Shown here in pieces: positions 11,799 to 24,484 of a stretch of 64,000 nt of DNA. The DNA comes from Azolla caroliniana (Eukaryota > Plantae > Polypodiophyta), in NCBI GenBank assembly GCA_043228905.1, contig JBHGNT010000003.1:17732001-17796000 (forward strand), read 5' to 3'. A program made the translations under genes and the position numbers. The first letter of the stretch is position 1. The number at the start of each line of letters is the position of its first letter. The notes under the pieces were generated by a model. That model did not search any database. It was not told where the DNA came from and saw only the letters and a list, made by a program, of their open reading frames with translations.

Positions 11799-12486
11799 GA
11801 CTTGGTAGCTCGATCTAGCCCGATGACCAAGAACCGGCTCATCATTATCGTAGCTTCGCTACATAGCTCACATTCGAAGAGAGAACAAGAACAAGAACAA
11901 GAATCGACATAATGAATACTCAAATGGGAAGCGCTCTCCCTACCGAGAAGTTGGATCGAAACAACTTCGCATCTTGGGAGTACAAGATGTACCAATACCT
12001 TGTTGAACAAGGCTATTGGAGCTACATCAAAGGAGCGCACGAAGACCGACCCGTCGAAACGGCTCCCGGATATGTGACATGGGAGCAAGCCACAAACCAT
12101 GTGATGTATTGCTTGGCGATTGTTAGGAATAGTACTAAAACATAGAGAGAATTAGTACTAGAGAAGGGAAGTACTATTAGTACTAAGAGTACCGGGCTGC
12201 GTAAGACTCCTGAGAGGGAGGAAAGAGAAGAGAAGAGAGAGAGAGAGAGAGAGAGAGTTTGTAAGGACTAGAGAGAGAGATGATACATTATAGGAAGAGT
12301 AAGTACAAGATGGCTATGAGGCTTAAGACTGGCATTGAACCAATTTGGTTCAACATAATGCCTAGTGCCTTCTTTTATAGTGTTCTCAGGAGTAATCCTA
12401 AAGCTTCTAGAATGTGCCAGAGAGATCTGGAATATACATTAATTTCCTATAATAAAACTTAAATGAAAATAATATTCTATGTATTA

Positions 12487-12558
12487 CAATAGATGGTATA
12501 ATGGTCAAGAGCTCGACCCATATAACATAAGGTCGTGGGTTCGAGTCCTGCCATATCA
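12487..12558 (+). promoter_or_regulatory. tRNA-like Pol III internal promoter (A box + B box) in E 3' LTR, antisense to E
   Basis: A box TGGTATAATGG at 12494-12504; perfect B box GGTTCGAGTCC at 12538-12548; tRNA-like 44-nt spacing; T-arm can pair, acceptor stem cannot. Confidence 0.75.
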
Positions 12559-15009
12559 TATGACTATCTCCCCCTTAAGATGATGAGTGGAACGAGTCGG
12601 CACTGATTGCGGATCGGGTTTGTCCGAATACTTTTGGTGGAACTCAACAAGAAGATCTTGACCATTGGCGACATGCTCGACAAGTTCCCAAGTACGTTTG
12701 CTCGGAATATAGCCGAACCAATCATGCTCGGCGGGTTCCCAAGTATGTTCGCTCGGAATATAGCCAAGCCAATCAACCAAATAATAAAGTTTGTTGCGAA
12801 CAAGTTTGGAATCGAGGATAGTAGCAACTTCATACTCCGGGCTGGCTTCCAACTCAAGCGGGGGCGGCGGTGGTGTAACACGATCGGAAATAGTGTTTGC
12901 TTTATAAGGTTCAAGAAGAGAGCTATGGAAAACCGGATATATCTGAAGATGTGGAGGGAGATCAAGGCGGAACGTGACATCATTAATCTTACTAGTAATA
13001 CGGAAAGGACCGAGTCGTCGATAATCCAACTGGTCGCACGGTCGTGCAGTCTTGATGTGACGACATAAGAGGAGGGAAGCCGATGACAATCCGCATATGT
13101 CTTTTGTGTGTGTTGAACATGACGAAGATGAGTAGAGAGATCCATCTGTATATTGCGTAGCGTAGCCTCTCCAAATGATCCTCGGCATGAGGATTGGCAG
13201 GTAGCTCCGGGGTGTCGATCACCGACCAACGAGGATGAGAACCGGTGTAAGCGTAAAATGGGGAGACCCGAGCACTAAGGATTCCTCCTTAATAGTGTTG
13301 GAAGAATGTACTGATATTGAAAATAGGAACATTGCCTCCTTGTGTCCTTCTTCGCGTAATTGACGTAGTGAAATGGTCGAAACTCGGTGAGTAGATTCTT
13401 GGGGTTGTCGATGTCAGACTTTTCTTGTTCTCCAATCTATGGCTGGATTATGTAACTCAAACCAAGGTAATCCTAGGACAATGGGATGCTTTGGACTACT
13501 AATTATATTAAATGCTACGACACACAAAACTACCTAGGACAACTTGAATGGGTTCTGACTCTTCTACAATATTACCGGAAGCTGAGATGCCCATCAATGA
13601 CTACTATAGATGTGGGGCAAGGAAATTTTCTTAAGGATATCTGAGCAGCTTGGGCAAACTTTCGATCCATGAAACAAGAATTAGCTCCGGAATCTAGAAG
13701 TGCTAGGATGTGTACTGGGGGAGTACTTTTAGTACTAACCATGACTTGGGCTAGGAACACATTGCTAACTTGCTTGGAGGGAATGGAACCACTAATGGGC
13801 TGTACAGATCTAGGGCTGTCCAACCAAACGACTCCTATTTTGGCTGGACTCAATCGTTTTACTCTTCATCTAATTGACTAAGGATTTCAAATTTCTTTGG
13901 GATACTTGGGCTATTAGTACTATTAATACTATCAGACACTCCTAAGGGAAGAATTGACTCGAGTTTAGTACAAGCTACGATTTGATTTACCTGTCTTCTT
14001 GGCCTATGGGGAGAATTGATTGCGATATGCCATGGTTCACCGCAATAAGGACATAATCGATTTGCACGTCGTCGTTGCTTTTCTTCTTCCGATAACGGGC
14101 CATGTCTACGCATGGTGTCCATCTCCATCGGTGTCGGAGTATTTTCTTGAGGTATGTCTCATGCAAATGGTTTAGCCACAACTGAGGCGTAAGTGGGATC
14201 CAGCCTAGAGCGTGGTATTTGTAATTGACGTTTCGAACGTCGTTCGAAAAGGTGGTTGTCGCATCGGACCGCTTGACTGATTGCCTCCATAAGAGGCTTT
14301 GGTTCTTCGAGGAAGGTTAGAAATAGATCTTTGATATCGTTCCGCAGGCCGTAGCAAAACTGCTCCATTAGTGCTTCATCATCCCAAGGGATATCTGAAG
14401 CGAGTAGGCAGAGGTTGGACGATCGCCTTGACGCAATCGTCAGATTTTGTTGATCGCCGTCCGGATGCTATCTATATCTCCAAAGCAAGCTTTAAACTCA
14501 CTAATAAAGTCTTCAAAGTTATTAAGTAAGGGCGATTGTTTTTCCAAAAGCGGAGTAAACCATGCCAAGGCTGAGCCACTTAGCAATGTGCCTATTAGGC
14601 CGACTCGGGATGCATCAGTGGGGTATCAAGAAGGATGCATTTGAATGACTAAGCATACCTGATTGAAGAATTCCCTCAATTGCGATCGTGTTCCATCAAA
14701 TTTCATAGGAAGTCCAATCTTGGGCTCTTTATGAAATCTGTGGGGACTTGATCCTTGTTGTTGCAATGCTGCTTCGAGTTGTTGCACACGTAACACTAAC
14801 TCCCCATGTTGTTGTTGCGTTTGCTATTTTTTTGGGCCAATTTGTTGAAGATCCCCTAACAACCTTTGATTTTCTTGTTCCAAGGCAACAAATTTTTCTT
14901 TTAGACACTATAGCTCGGAGAAAACAGATTGGTATTCTTGGGCGCTAACAAAAGCCATTCTATAGGAAAAAGATAAGAGGATGACGGAAAAAGAAAGACT
15001 AGAGACGAG

Positions 15010-15021
15010 AAATTGGTTCAA
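15010..15021 (-). promoter_or_regulatory. self-priming PBS of E
   Basis: Minus strand TTGAACCAATTT, 2 nt after the 5' LTR, is 12/12 complementary to AAATTGGTTCAA in the LTR (15228-15217). Confidence 0.78.
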
Positions 15022-15368
15022 ACTGTTAGGAATAGTACTAAAACAGAGAGAGAATTAGTACTAGAGAAGGGAAGTACTATTAGTACTAAGAGGACAGGAC
15101 TACGTAAGACTCCCAAGAGGGAGGAAAGAGAAGAGAAGAGAGAGAGAGATGATGATAATAGATGATATATTATAGGAAGAGTAAGAACAAGATGGCTATG
15201 AGGCTTAAGACTGGCGTTGAACCAATTTGGTTCAACATAATGCCTAGTGCCTTCTTTTAAAGTGTTCTCAGGGGTACTCCTAAAGCTTCTAGAATGTTCC
15301 AGAGAAATCTGGAATATACATTAATTTCCTATAATAAAACTTAAATGAAAATAATATCCTATGTATTA

Positions 15369-15440
15369 CAATAGAAGGTATAATGGTCAAGAGCTTGACC
15401 CATATAACATAAGGTCATGGGTTCGAGTCTTGCCATATCA
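15369..15440 (+). promoter_or_regulatory. tRNA-like A/B-box module in E 5' LTR
   Basis: AGGTATAATGG at 15376-15386; GGTTCGAGTCT at 15420-15430. Confidence 0.7.
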
Positions 15441-16083
15441 TGATAGCGACATGTGTTCACGACCACATGCTCGGCTACATTCACGAAGCCAAGACGCCGA
15501 AGGAGGCATGGAAATCTACGAAAGATTTCTGCGGCGAACACAACTGCAAGAAGGCTTCAACTCTGCCAAGAGTTGAACAACATTCAACAAAGGGACATGT
15601 CCATCACGATATACACCTTGAAGATCAACGAGCTTTGCGACTCGCTCGGCTCGATAAGCGTAAATATCAATGATGATGAGATGTTCCAAATATGCCTCGG
15701 CGACCTCGCACCACGGTTCGGTGCGATGCGAACCGCCGTTCTAGGAAGGGAGAAATCTCCCTCCTTCGAGCTCCAATAAATGCTATTGGTCGAAGAAAAC
15801 CACGTGCATACAAAGAGCAATGAGTCGGAAGGCCACATGCTCTACACGCACTCGAACGGAGGAAGAGGACGCGGACGAGCGAGAGGCCGATTCGGCGAAG
15901 GACAAGGCGGACGAGGTCCGACCTACGAGAACAACTCCCAATTTCGGCCGCAAAACGGAAGCCAACGAGGAACCTTCGCAAGAAGGGGGAGCTTCCACTC
16001 CGGCATGAGCCATCAAAACACAACCGAATGCGGATATTGTAGAAAGCTCGGCCACCACGAAGAAGAGTGCCGAAAGAAGATGC

Positions 16084-17184
16084 GTGAATCGGCTTCCACA
16101 AGCCGACAACTCCGACTACGAAGAGTATAGGGGAATGTATGGGCACAACTCTGACTACGAAGACTATAGCGGAATGTACGGGCACAACTTCGACTCTGAA
16201 GATCGTGGCGGAATGTATGCACACAACTCCGACCGTGGCGGAATGTTCATGATGAAACATAGAGCAAACTCTATGTCGGCCTCTACCTCAACTAGTGCCC
16301 TCAATCCGGAGGACGTATGGTTTGTAGACTCCGGAGCCTCAAACCATATGACATCTCATAAAGAATGGTTTCTCGAACTTCGAGAGCCGGAGCGACCCAG
16401 TTATGTCGAAACCGGAGATGACACTACGCACCCGATTCGGCACATCGGCAATGTTCCATTCGGCGAAAGAGGTAAGCAAACATACATTAAAAATGTCTTG
16501 CATGTTCCCACCATCACGAAGAACTTGGTCTCGGTCGGACAAATGGTTGAGCAAGGGATGCAAGTACGATTCGACCAAGAAGGGTGCTTCATCGAAAAAG
16601 AGGGCCGAATCATCGTGCGTAGAAGAAGAGAGGGCCGGATGTTCATTCTCAATTCACACGAGGTGAAATCCGCCATGTTCGCAAAAAGCACGAAAGCCGA
16701 CTCCGATATAGAGCTATGGCACAAGCGAATCAGCCACATCAATCTCAACAAACTCAAAGCAATGAAATCGAAAAGAGTCATCATCGGACTCCTGACATTC
16801 AAAGAGAAGGAGATTGAAGGTGTATGCAAAGCGTGCCAGTTCAGCAAGCAACACTGGCACCCATTCCCGAAAAAGCGGAATGTGAGCAAAGGTCTACTTG
16901 ACGTAGTCCATTCCGACGTATGGGGACCGGTGCAGATGGCCACATTCGGCAGATGTCGATATTACGTACTCTTCATCGACAACTTCTCCAGGCACACGTC
17001 GCTCTATCCGATGTGGCAAAAGAGCGATGTGTTCGGATACTTCCAAAAGTTTAAAAACGAAATCGAAAAAGCCACTGGTCGTCATGTACGCTGCCTTCGA
17101 TCAGATGGTGGCAAGGAGTACTTCTCGGACGATTTCATGGCGTATCTTCGAAAGGAAGGAATTCGGCGAGAATTCACTTGCTAA
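16084..17184 (+). pseudogene. pol: copia F protease - GAG-pre-integrase - integrase segment
   Basis: 366-aa open stretch: WFVDSGASNHMT, LWHKRISHIN, CKACQFSKQH, HSDVWGP, LRSDGGKEY. Confidence 0.93.
16107..16250 (+). repeat. in-frame ~39-bp coding repeat (NSDYEEYRGMYGH-like, ~4 copies)
   Basis: ACAACTCCGACTACGAAGA...GGAATGTA repeated in the gag-protease linker. Confidence 0.85.
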
Positions 17185-19535
17185 CACACTCCGTAAAAAA
17201 CTGGAGTAGCCGAGCACAAAAATCGGCACATCCTTGAAGTACTACGAGTCATGATGATTGAAAAGCATATGCCCAAGTCATATTGGGCCGAAGCTGCAAA
17301 TACGGCCGTCTACCTAATGAACCGGTGCACAACATCCGGAGTAAACAAGCTCACTCCGCACGAAAAATACTTCGGAAAGAAGCCGGACTTATCGCACACC
17401 CGGATATTCGGCGCAATAGCATACGTGCACATACCCGACGAAAAGCGGCAAAAGCTAGATCCAAAGTCGGAGAAATGTATCCTCGTAGGATACTCACTGG
17501 AGCAAAAGGGGTACAAGTGCTACAACCCCTCAACTCGAAAATCTCGAGTAAGTTGAGACATCGTTTTTGACGAGTCCGCATCTAGGTACTCACCAGAGAC
17601 AACTTCAACTCCGACTCCGCTCGACCCAGAATCCGCCGAACAAGAGATAGAGGATGAAGATCGCCTTACGCGCATGTTCGAAGAAAGTCTAATCACGACC
17701 CGACTGAGTGGACCACAAGAGCCTTTGAGCGATCAAAGCACATCATGACCTAGCCTGAAGATGGACAAAGGCAAGGAGAAAATGACGGAATACGAAGACG
17801 ATTGCTTCAACGACGATGAGTCAACTCACTCACTTGACAGTGAGTTCGGCGTCTTCGATGTACCAATCGGAGCTAAGAAAGCCCTCATCTCTGCAAATGA
17901 AATGCTCCATTGCCCTCTGAAAAGAATCCCGTCAGCCGATTCGGCTACAACGACTACATGGCATATCACTATGCCTTTATGATGAAGGTGGCGACAATAC
18001 GCGAGCCGGAAACATTTTCCGAAGCAACCAAGGATCCACGATGGATCAAAGCCATGAACGAGGAGATGCAGGCACCTACGCAAGAACGAGACATGGGATC
18101 TCATTCCCACCTCACCACACAAAAAGGTGATCGGATGTAGATGGATTTACAAAGTGAAGTACAACGCTGACAGTTCCGTGAACCGCTACAAAGCGCGACT
18201 CGTAACGAAAGGCTATGCCCAAACTGATGGAGTTGACTACGAGGAGACCTTTGCCTTGGTGGCAAAGATGACGACGGTACGGACCGTAATTGCACTTGCC
18301 GTAGCGAAATGGTGGCACCTCCATCAAATGGACGTCAAGAACGCCTTTCTCCAAGGAGAATTAGAAGAGGAGGTGTACATGATACAACCACCTGGCTTCA
18401 ACTCGAGCACCCATCCGAAAGATGTATGCCGACTCAAGAAGCCACTCTACGGCCTCAAGTAAGCACCGCGTGCTTGGCATTCGAAGATAACGCAATATCT
18501 TCATCAAACCGGCTTCCGTATGTCAAAATCGGACAACTCCCTCTACATATGAAGCAATTCCGCAAGTCCGATCGTCATCATCTTATATGTGGATGACCTA
18601 GTCATTGGAGGTGAGCATCTCGTTGAAATCAATAAGGTCAAATCCCTCCTTTCCGCCAACTTCGAGATGACGGACATGAAGGAGCTCCACTACTTCCTCG
18701 GCATCAAGGTAATTTGGACTCCGGCCGGAATCATGATCTCTCAACGGCACTACATCCTCAACTTGTTATACAAGTTCGGGATGACTAAGTGCAAATCTGC
18801 GGCAACCCCGCTCGATCGCAATCTCAAACTAGATGCGAACTCCGGCACCAAAGCGTGTGAGCCAACTCAGTATCGGCAACTCATCGGGAGTCTCATCTAC
18901 CTCATGATCACTCAACTTGATCTCAGTTATCCGGTTGGTCTCCTTAGTCAATTCATGCAACCACCGCGTGATACTCACTTGGATTGCGCTAAGCGAGTTC
19001 TCCGATACGTGACCGGCATAATGGATTGCGGCATCCTCTACAAGACTGTGATTCCAATACGACTCGAGGGGTAAACAGACGCCGATTGGGCCGTATTAGA
19101 GACATGTACTAAAGTAAACATTAGATAAGGATAGAAAATAGATAAATAGATAGAAAGGAGAGAGAGAAAGAAGGGTGCCGATCCACCTAACCACCCCCGA
19201 GCAAAGGGATCGAGACGGACTTGGGCCTCGATCGGCGTCCCATACCACTGTCGTGGCGTCGAGTCGTACCTGGTGCTAGCGTGCTCGCTACAAGAGTTGA
19301 CCCACCAGAAGACAGAGTCTCGACGTAGTCAACCAGATAATGAAATGAGGGTAGCTAGGCCTCTATTTATAGCGATACCTAAGGCCCCAGCCATGTTCAC
19401 ACTTGGCCTAATGGGTTGTCTCAATCCCGAGGATTTAAAAGTAATCCTCCCCTTCTTTACACTCTCGTTTAACCCTCACACTTATCCACATGTATAGAAT
19501 ACTACGGTAAATTCTCACCACGAGATATTATATGG

Positions 19536-22500
19536 TCATGCCCATAACATACTCCCTCTCTTTAAAACATTGCACTCTTGCAATGGAAAGTTAGGGAAGT
19601 TTGTTCTTAGAGTATTCTCGTGTTCCCATGTGGCATCTTTTATTGATTTATCCATCCATTTTATTTTAAATTCTTGGATTTCTTTAGTACGTAATTTTTT
19701 TGTTTTAACATCGAGAATTCTTTCTGGTACATTTGGTTTAGAAGATAATTCTTCAAAAGTAACTAGAGTTTCAGTTGTAACTATATTGTCTCCAGAACCT
19801 AGAAGTTCTTTTAGACGACTCACATGAAAGACTGGATGAATTCCAACACCGTCGGGAAGAGCGAGACGATAGGCTGATGACCCAATGCGTTTGAGGACTG
19901 TAAAAGGTCCACAAAATCGTGGGGCTAACTTAGCGCACTTACCCGTAGACAATGTCTTAGAATTGTGAGGTACACGCAAAAATACCTTCTGTCCAGGGTT
20001 GAATACACGAGGTTGCCTATGATGATCGGCATAAAAACGCGCTCTATCTTGAGCTGTTTTTATATTATCTTGTGCAATATGCAACATATCTTGCATATCC
20101 CAAAGAAAGTTTTGCGTACTTCGCAACTCATCATGATGTATATTAACATCAATAGGGGCTCATGGCTGAAAACCATACATCAACATAAAAGGACTATATC
20201 CCATCGACGTATGCTTGGAGCTGTTATAAGCAAACTCCAAGATTGGGAGATAACGTTCCCATTTTGTTGCTTTTGCACCAACATATGCTCGAAGCATGTC
20301 CTCAACAATTTTATTTACTCGTTCTGTTTGTCCATCGGATTGAGGATGATCCGTGGAGCTCATTTTCAACGTAGTTTATAACTTCTTAAAGACTTGCGTC
20401 CAGAAGTCACTAGTAAATTTTGGATCTCGATCACTCACGATATCCATCGGTAACCTATAAAAACAAAATAATTCGTCAATGAATTGGTAAGCCAATTCAG
20501 GAGCTGTTACCATGGTTTTAGTAGCAATAAATCTAGCCATTTTAGTTAGTCGATCAACCAGAACCCAGATGGCATCATGGCCTTTTTGGGTGCGTGGAAG
20601 GCTAAGAATAAAATCCATGGATATACTTTCCCACTTATTATTGGGAATGTCCAAGGGATGTAAAAGTCCTGCGGCTTTAAGTTGCTCGGCTTCTTAAAAT
20701 TGGTAACATTTAGTCACATAGCTATGTATGTCAAGACGCATCTTAGGCCAATAAAATTGAGTGGAGATGAGAACGAGTGTACGATGTATTCCAGGGTGCC
20801 CTGCTGAGGGTGCATCATGGCATTAAAAGAAAATCCTCTTTTTGACCTCAGGTAAATCTAGAACACAAACCTTCCCATTACGGTAGAGCAGACCATTCGT
20901 AATGTGGAAGTATTCCTGCGAGGATGTGGTGGTGTCTGTTCCAGACTCAACTCTTGCCCAGTATTTTGCGAAATAACTGTCATCAAGATACTTTCCTCGA
21001 AGGTGATCATAAAGATCTGATGTTATTTCAATGAAGCTAAGCATGTTAACTTCACAGATGCGACTTAGTGCATCAGCAACAGTGTTCATGGAACCTTTAC
21101 GATATCGTATGGAAAAATCAAAGTCCTGGATGAGATTAGCCCATCGTGCCTTATGACCTTTTAGGTCTTGTTGGTCACAAAAATATTTCAAGGACTCGTG
21201 GTCCATAGTTACCACAAAGCGATTTCCATAAAGATAATGGCGCCATGTTTTGAGCGCATGTATAACTACAAATAATTCCTTTTCTTGAACGATATACCGA
21301 CATTGAACAGAATCAAGTTTCTTACTCTCGAATGCTATTGGTTTACCATCTTGATATAAGACAACACCTATAGCATAATCACTTGCATCGGTTTCAACCT
21401 CAAAAGGTTTTGAAGGATCGGGTAAAAGAAGTGAAGGAGCCTTGCATACCAGGTCCTTGAGTTCCTTAAAGGCGAGGTCTAGTGTAGCAATCTAGACAAT
21501 AGGTTTTGTAGACTTATGCGTTTGACCTTTTAGAAGATCAGTAAATGACGTCGTCAATTGGGAGTAATTACGAAGGGATTTTCGCAAAAACCTGACAAAA
21601 CCAAGGAATGATCAAACTTCTCGAATATTCCGAAGAGTAGGCCAAAGCTTGGTTTTCTCGATGTGAGAAGGATCAATTTCAACTCCTTGTTCGGTTATGA
21701 GATGTCCAAGATAAGTAATTGATTTCTTGAAGAACTCACACTTTGAGATCTTCGCATAAAACTATTTGTCACGCAATGTTTGTAAAACAAAGCAGACATG
21801 TTTAGCATGTTCATGTAATGTACGGCTATAAACTAAAATATCATCCAAGAAAATAATGATAAAATTTCCAAGTTGTTCTCGGAAAATGTCATTCATTTCT
21901 TGTTGAAATGTAGCTAGAGCATTGGTCAAACCAAAAGGCATAACCAAAAACTCATAATGGCTATAGCGCGTACGAAATGTTGTTTTAGGAACATCGTCCT
22001 CACCTATACGAATTTGATGGTAGCCAGTATGGAGATCAAGTTTTGTAAAATACCGGGCTCGCTGGAGACAGTCAATTAGATCGTCAGCCCGGGGCAATGG
22101 ATACGAATTCTTGATGGTCACTTTATTCAAGTGTCGGTAATTAATACACATACGCCATGTGCCCTCTTTCTTTTTAACCAAGAGAACTTGTACATCCCAT
22201 GGAGATTTACTATAACGTATATAACCCATTCGTAAATAGTCCTTGAGTTGCTTAGATACCTCATCCTCTTCAGATCGACTTAAGCGATAAGGAGGTATAC
22301 TCATTGGTGCAACGCCCGGTACAGTATCTATACGATGGTCTATATTACGTTTAGGAGGTAACCCATCTAGTAGTTCACTCGGAAAAACATCACGAAAATC
22401 ATTTAAGATTTCATCAAGTTGTTGTTGTTCAAAATATGTTAATTGAACCGAGACATTATCGATATTGTAAACGTGAATGTCCGGATCAAGTACATAATAA

Positions 22501-22802
22501 AATAGAGTAGAACAAGACAACTCGGATATTGATGGACACGAGGAAACAATTGAGAGGGATTGTTTTTTTACACATTGAATAAAATGAGTACAATCATTCA
22601 GTACAAAAGTAATTGAATGATGAACCCAATCAATAGATAAAGAAGAGTTTTTATTATAAAACCAAGGATAACCTAGTATTACATCAGTGGTACAAAGATT
22701 CATTACATGGAAGACTACTTCCTCTATATAAGTATCAATAGAAATTCCTAATGAATGAATCGCCCCATTGATGTATTGTACTATTCCATCAGCCAGGTGC
22801 AC
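19536..22802 (-). pseudogene. pol: H pol (protease end, RT, RNase H, integrase, chromodomain)
   Basis: Minus-strand ORFs with [52 protein letters not shown] and PERILDVK...ATWE motifs. Confidence 0.93.
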
Positions 22803-24484
22803 CGTATAGGTGTGATCACTTACGGTGGGTTGGATTCCCCATATCTAAACCAAACGATCATTGACAAAGTTGTGTGAGCTTCCTGGATCAAATAAAAATT
22901 GTACGGGAGATCCATTGATATACCCGTTTGCACGTTGTAAATCATTGGGACCCAATACATAGTGAGGGAAAGAACATTGACAATTACTTAAATGATGTGT
23001 ATAGACCTGAAGGACATTAGGAATCTGACCTTTATGGTCTGCAGGTTTAGCTTTGTTGTCGTGCTCTTTCCATTGGAGCTTTCGACATTGCTCTTTTGTA
23101 TGACCCTTCTTTTTGCAGAATACGCAAAAAGGATGTTGTCGCTTACAATCGCGATGCGATCTATGAATTCGTTGGGTGTCTTACATTTCCCTGCGAATTG
23201 CGACTGCTTAGTCCCAAGCGCTTCGTTGGGTTTATTGTGGTCCTTCTTCGAAGTGCGTTGATAGCGAAGAACTATTTCAACGGCCTCTTCATGCAATGTC
23301 CAGTGCACAATCCAGTGATAGTTCGAATTGGGGATGCCATTGACAAAACAAGCTATTGACCAATTGTCCCCATCTAGACCCAATTTTTGGATTTGGGTTC
23401 TAGCATGGTGAACATAGTCTTCTAATGAGGAAAACTTCCTACTAGAGAGGTTCATTAAAGCTTGTGCTGCCTCGGTTCGAGAGGGAGGTTGCAGAAATTG
23501 GCCCTTGAAAACTGTGACAAAATTTGTCTAGGTATCGGGCAATTTCCCCGTTGTACGGAGCCCACGCCACCAGGCGGCGGCCTTACCCACTAGTTCTCGG
23601 CCGACATATGCAATCTTCGTACTATCTGGGGTGGGATAGAGCTCAAAATGAGACTCCCATTGGCCCAGCCACGTGCAGATTGCTTCTTCGGTTCTTTCCT
23701 TTTTGTCTCCCGTAAATGGCTTAACGACAAACGATGGTTCACCTTGTCACTCATCATTTCTATTAGTCTCACGTTGTAGACTAATGACACGTTGTCGTGA
23801 AGAAAACCGTCCCCAGGCGCAAACCGTGTATAGTGTGTGTGAACCGGCCCTTTCACGTGGGCATGTCCCTTGTTGTACGGTGGATGGGTAGGCACAAAAG
23901 TTAAATCCTAGGTAGCAATATTCTGTAAGGGAAATCGAGGAGTATCTCTGTCCGAAAGGACAGAGAGTTAATGTGATGTAAACGGTTGAGACGACCTCCC
24001 TCCTTGAGCTATAAAAGAGAGGGAGACGGGGAGGGAAGGGGATCGCACGCTAGAGGGGACGAAGTGCTGCCGGATTGGGACCGAGCTCTTCTCCTCTGTC
24101 GTTCTCCATAGCTTTCTTGGTGTAGGTTCTCGAGAGGCTGATTCTGCTCCATGGAACGCCCGTGTGCTTCTGGCAGAATCTCCATCTTGCTCTCCGGTGT
24201 GCGTGGGCGATCGGGCGTCGGCATCTGCCTCGCCGACCTGGTCGGTTGTAACTGTTCGAGTTGTCTGCATACACGCAAGTACACACAGATTGTTACATAC
24301 ATACTCTAGTGTTCTCAACTCGTGTCTCCTATGTTGTTGTGCGAGCGCCCCGTGGGCTTCTTTGTCTATACATGAGTGAGTGTCTCTCTCTTTCTCTCCT
24401 ATCGCTTCCTCACCTATTCCTCGGTCCAAGACCCCAGTGGTCCCGCCTTGTTCTCCACGCACGCGCGTAGCAACACGACATATT

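Larger units (their letters stand above)
12121..15445 (-). mobile_element. internally deleted gypsy chromovirus E (gag-PR-[deletion]-INT C-terminus-chromodomain)
   Basis: LTRs 12121-~12564 and 15024-15445; TSD GCGAT/GCGAC in F gag; PPT (minus) TTAAGGGGGAGATA; gag (EQFCYGLRNDIKD, RLCPYCGE); protease (ALLDSGAN); GPF motif and chromodomain (EYEVATILDSK...YYLVDWLGY...TWEP); RT/RNase H absent. Confidence 0.92.

Noticed and set aside
12487-12558. Functional tRNA gene
   Set aside because: A/B boxes and T-arm are present, but the acceptor and anticodon stems do not pair, and the sequence is an integral, duplicated part of LTRs.
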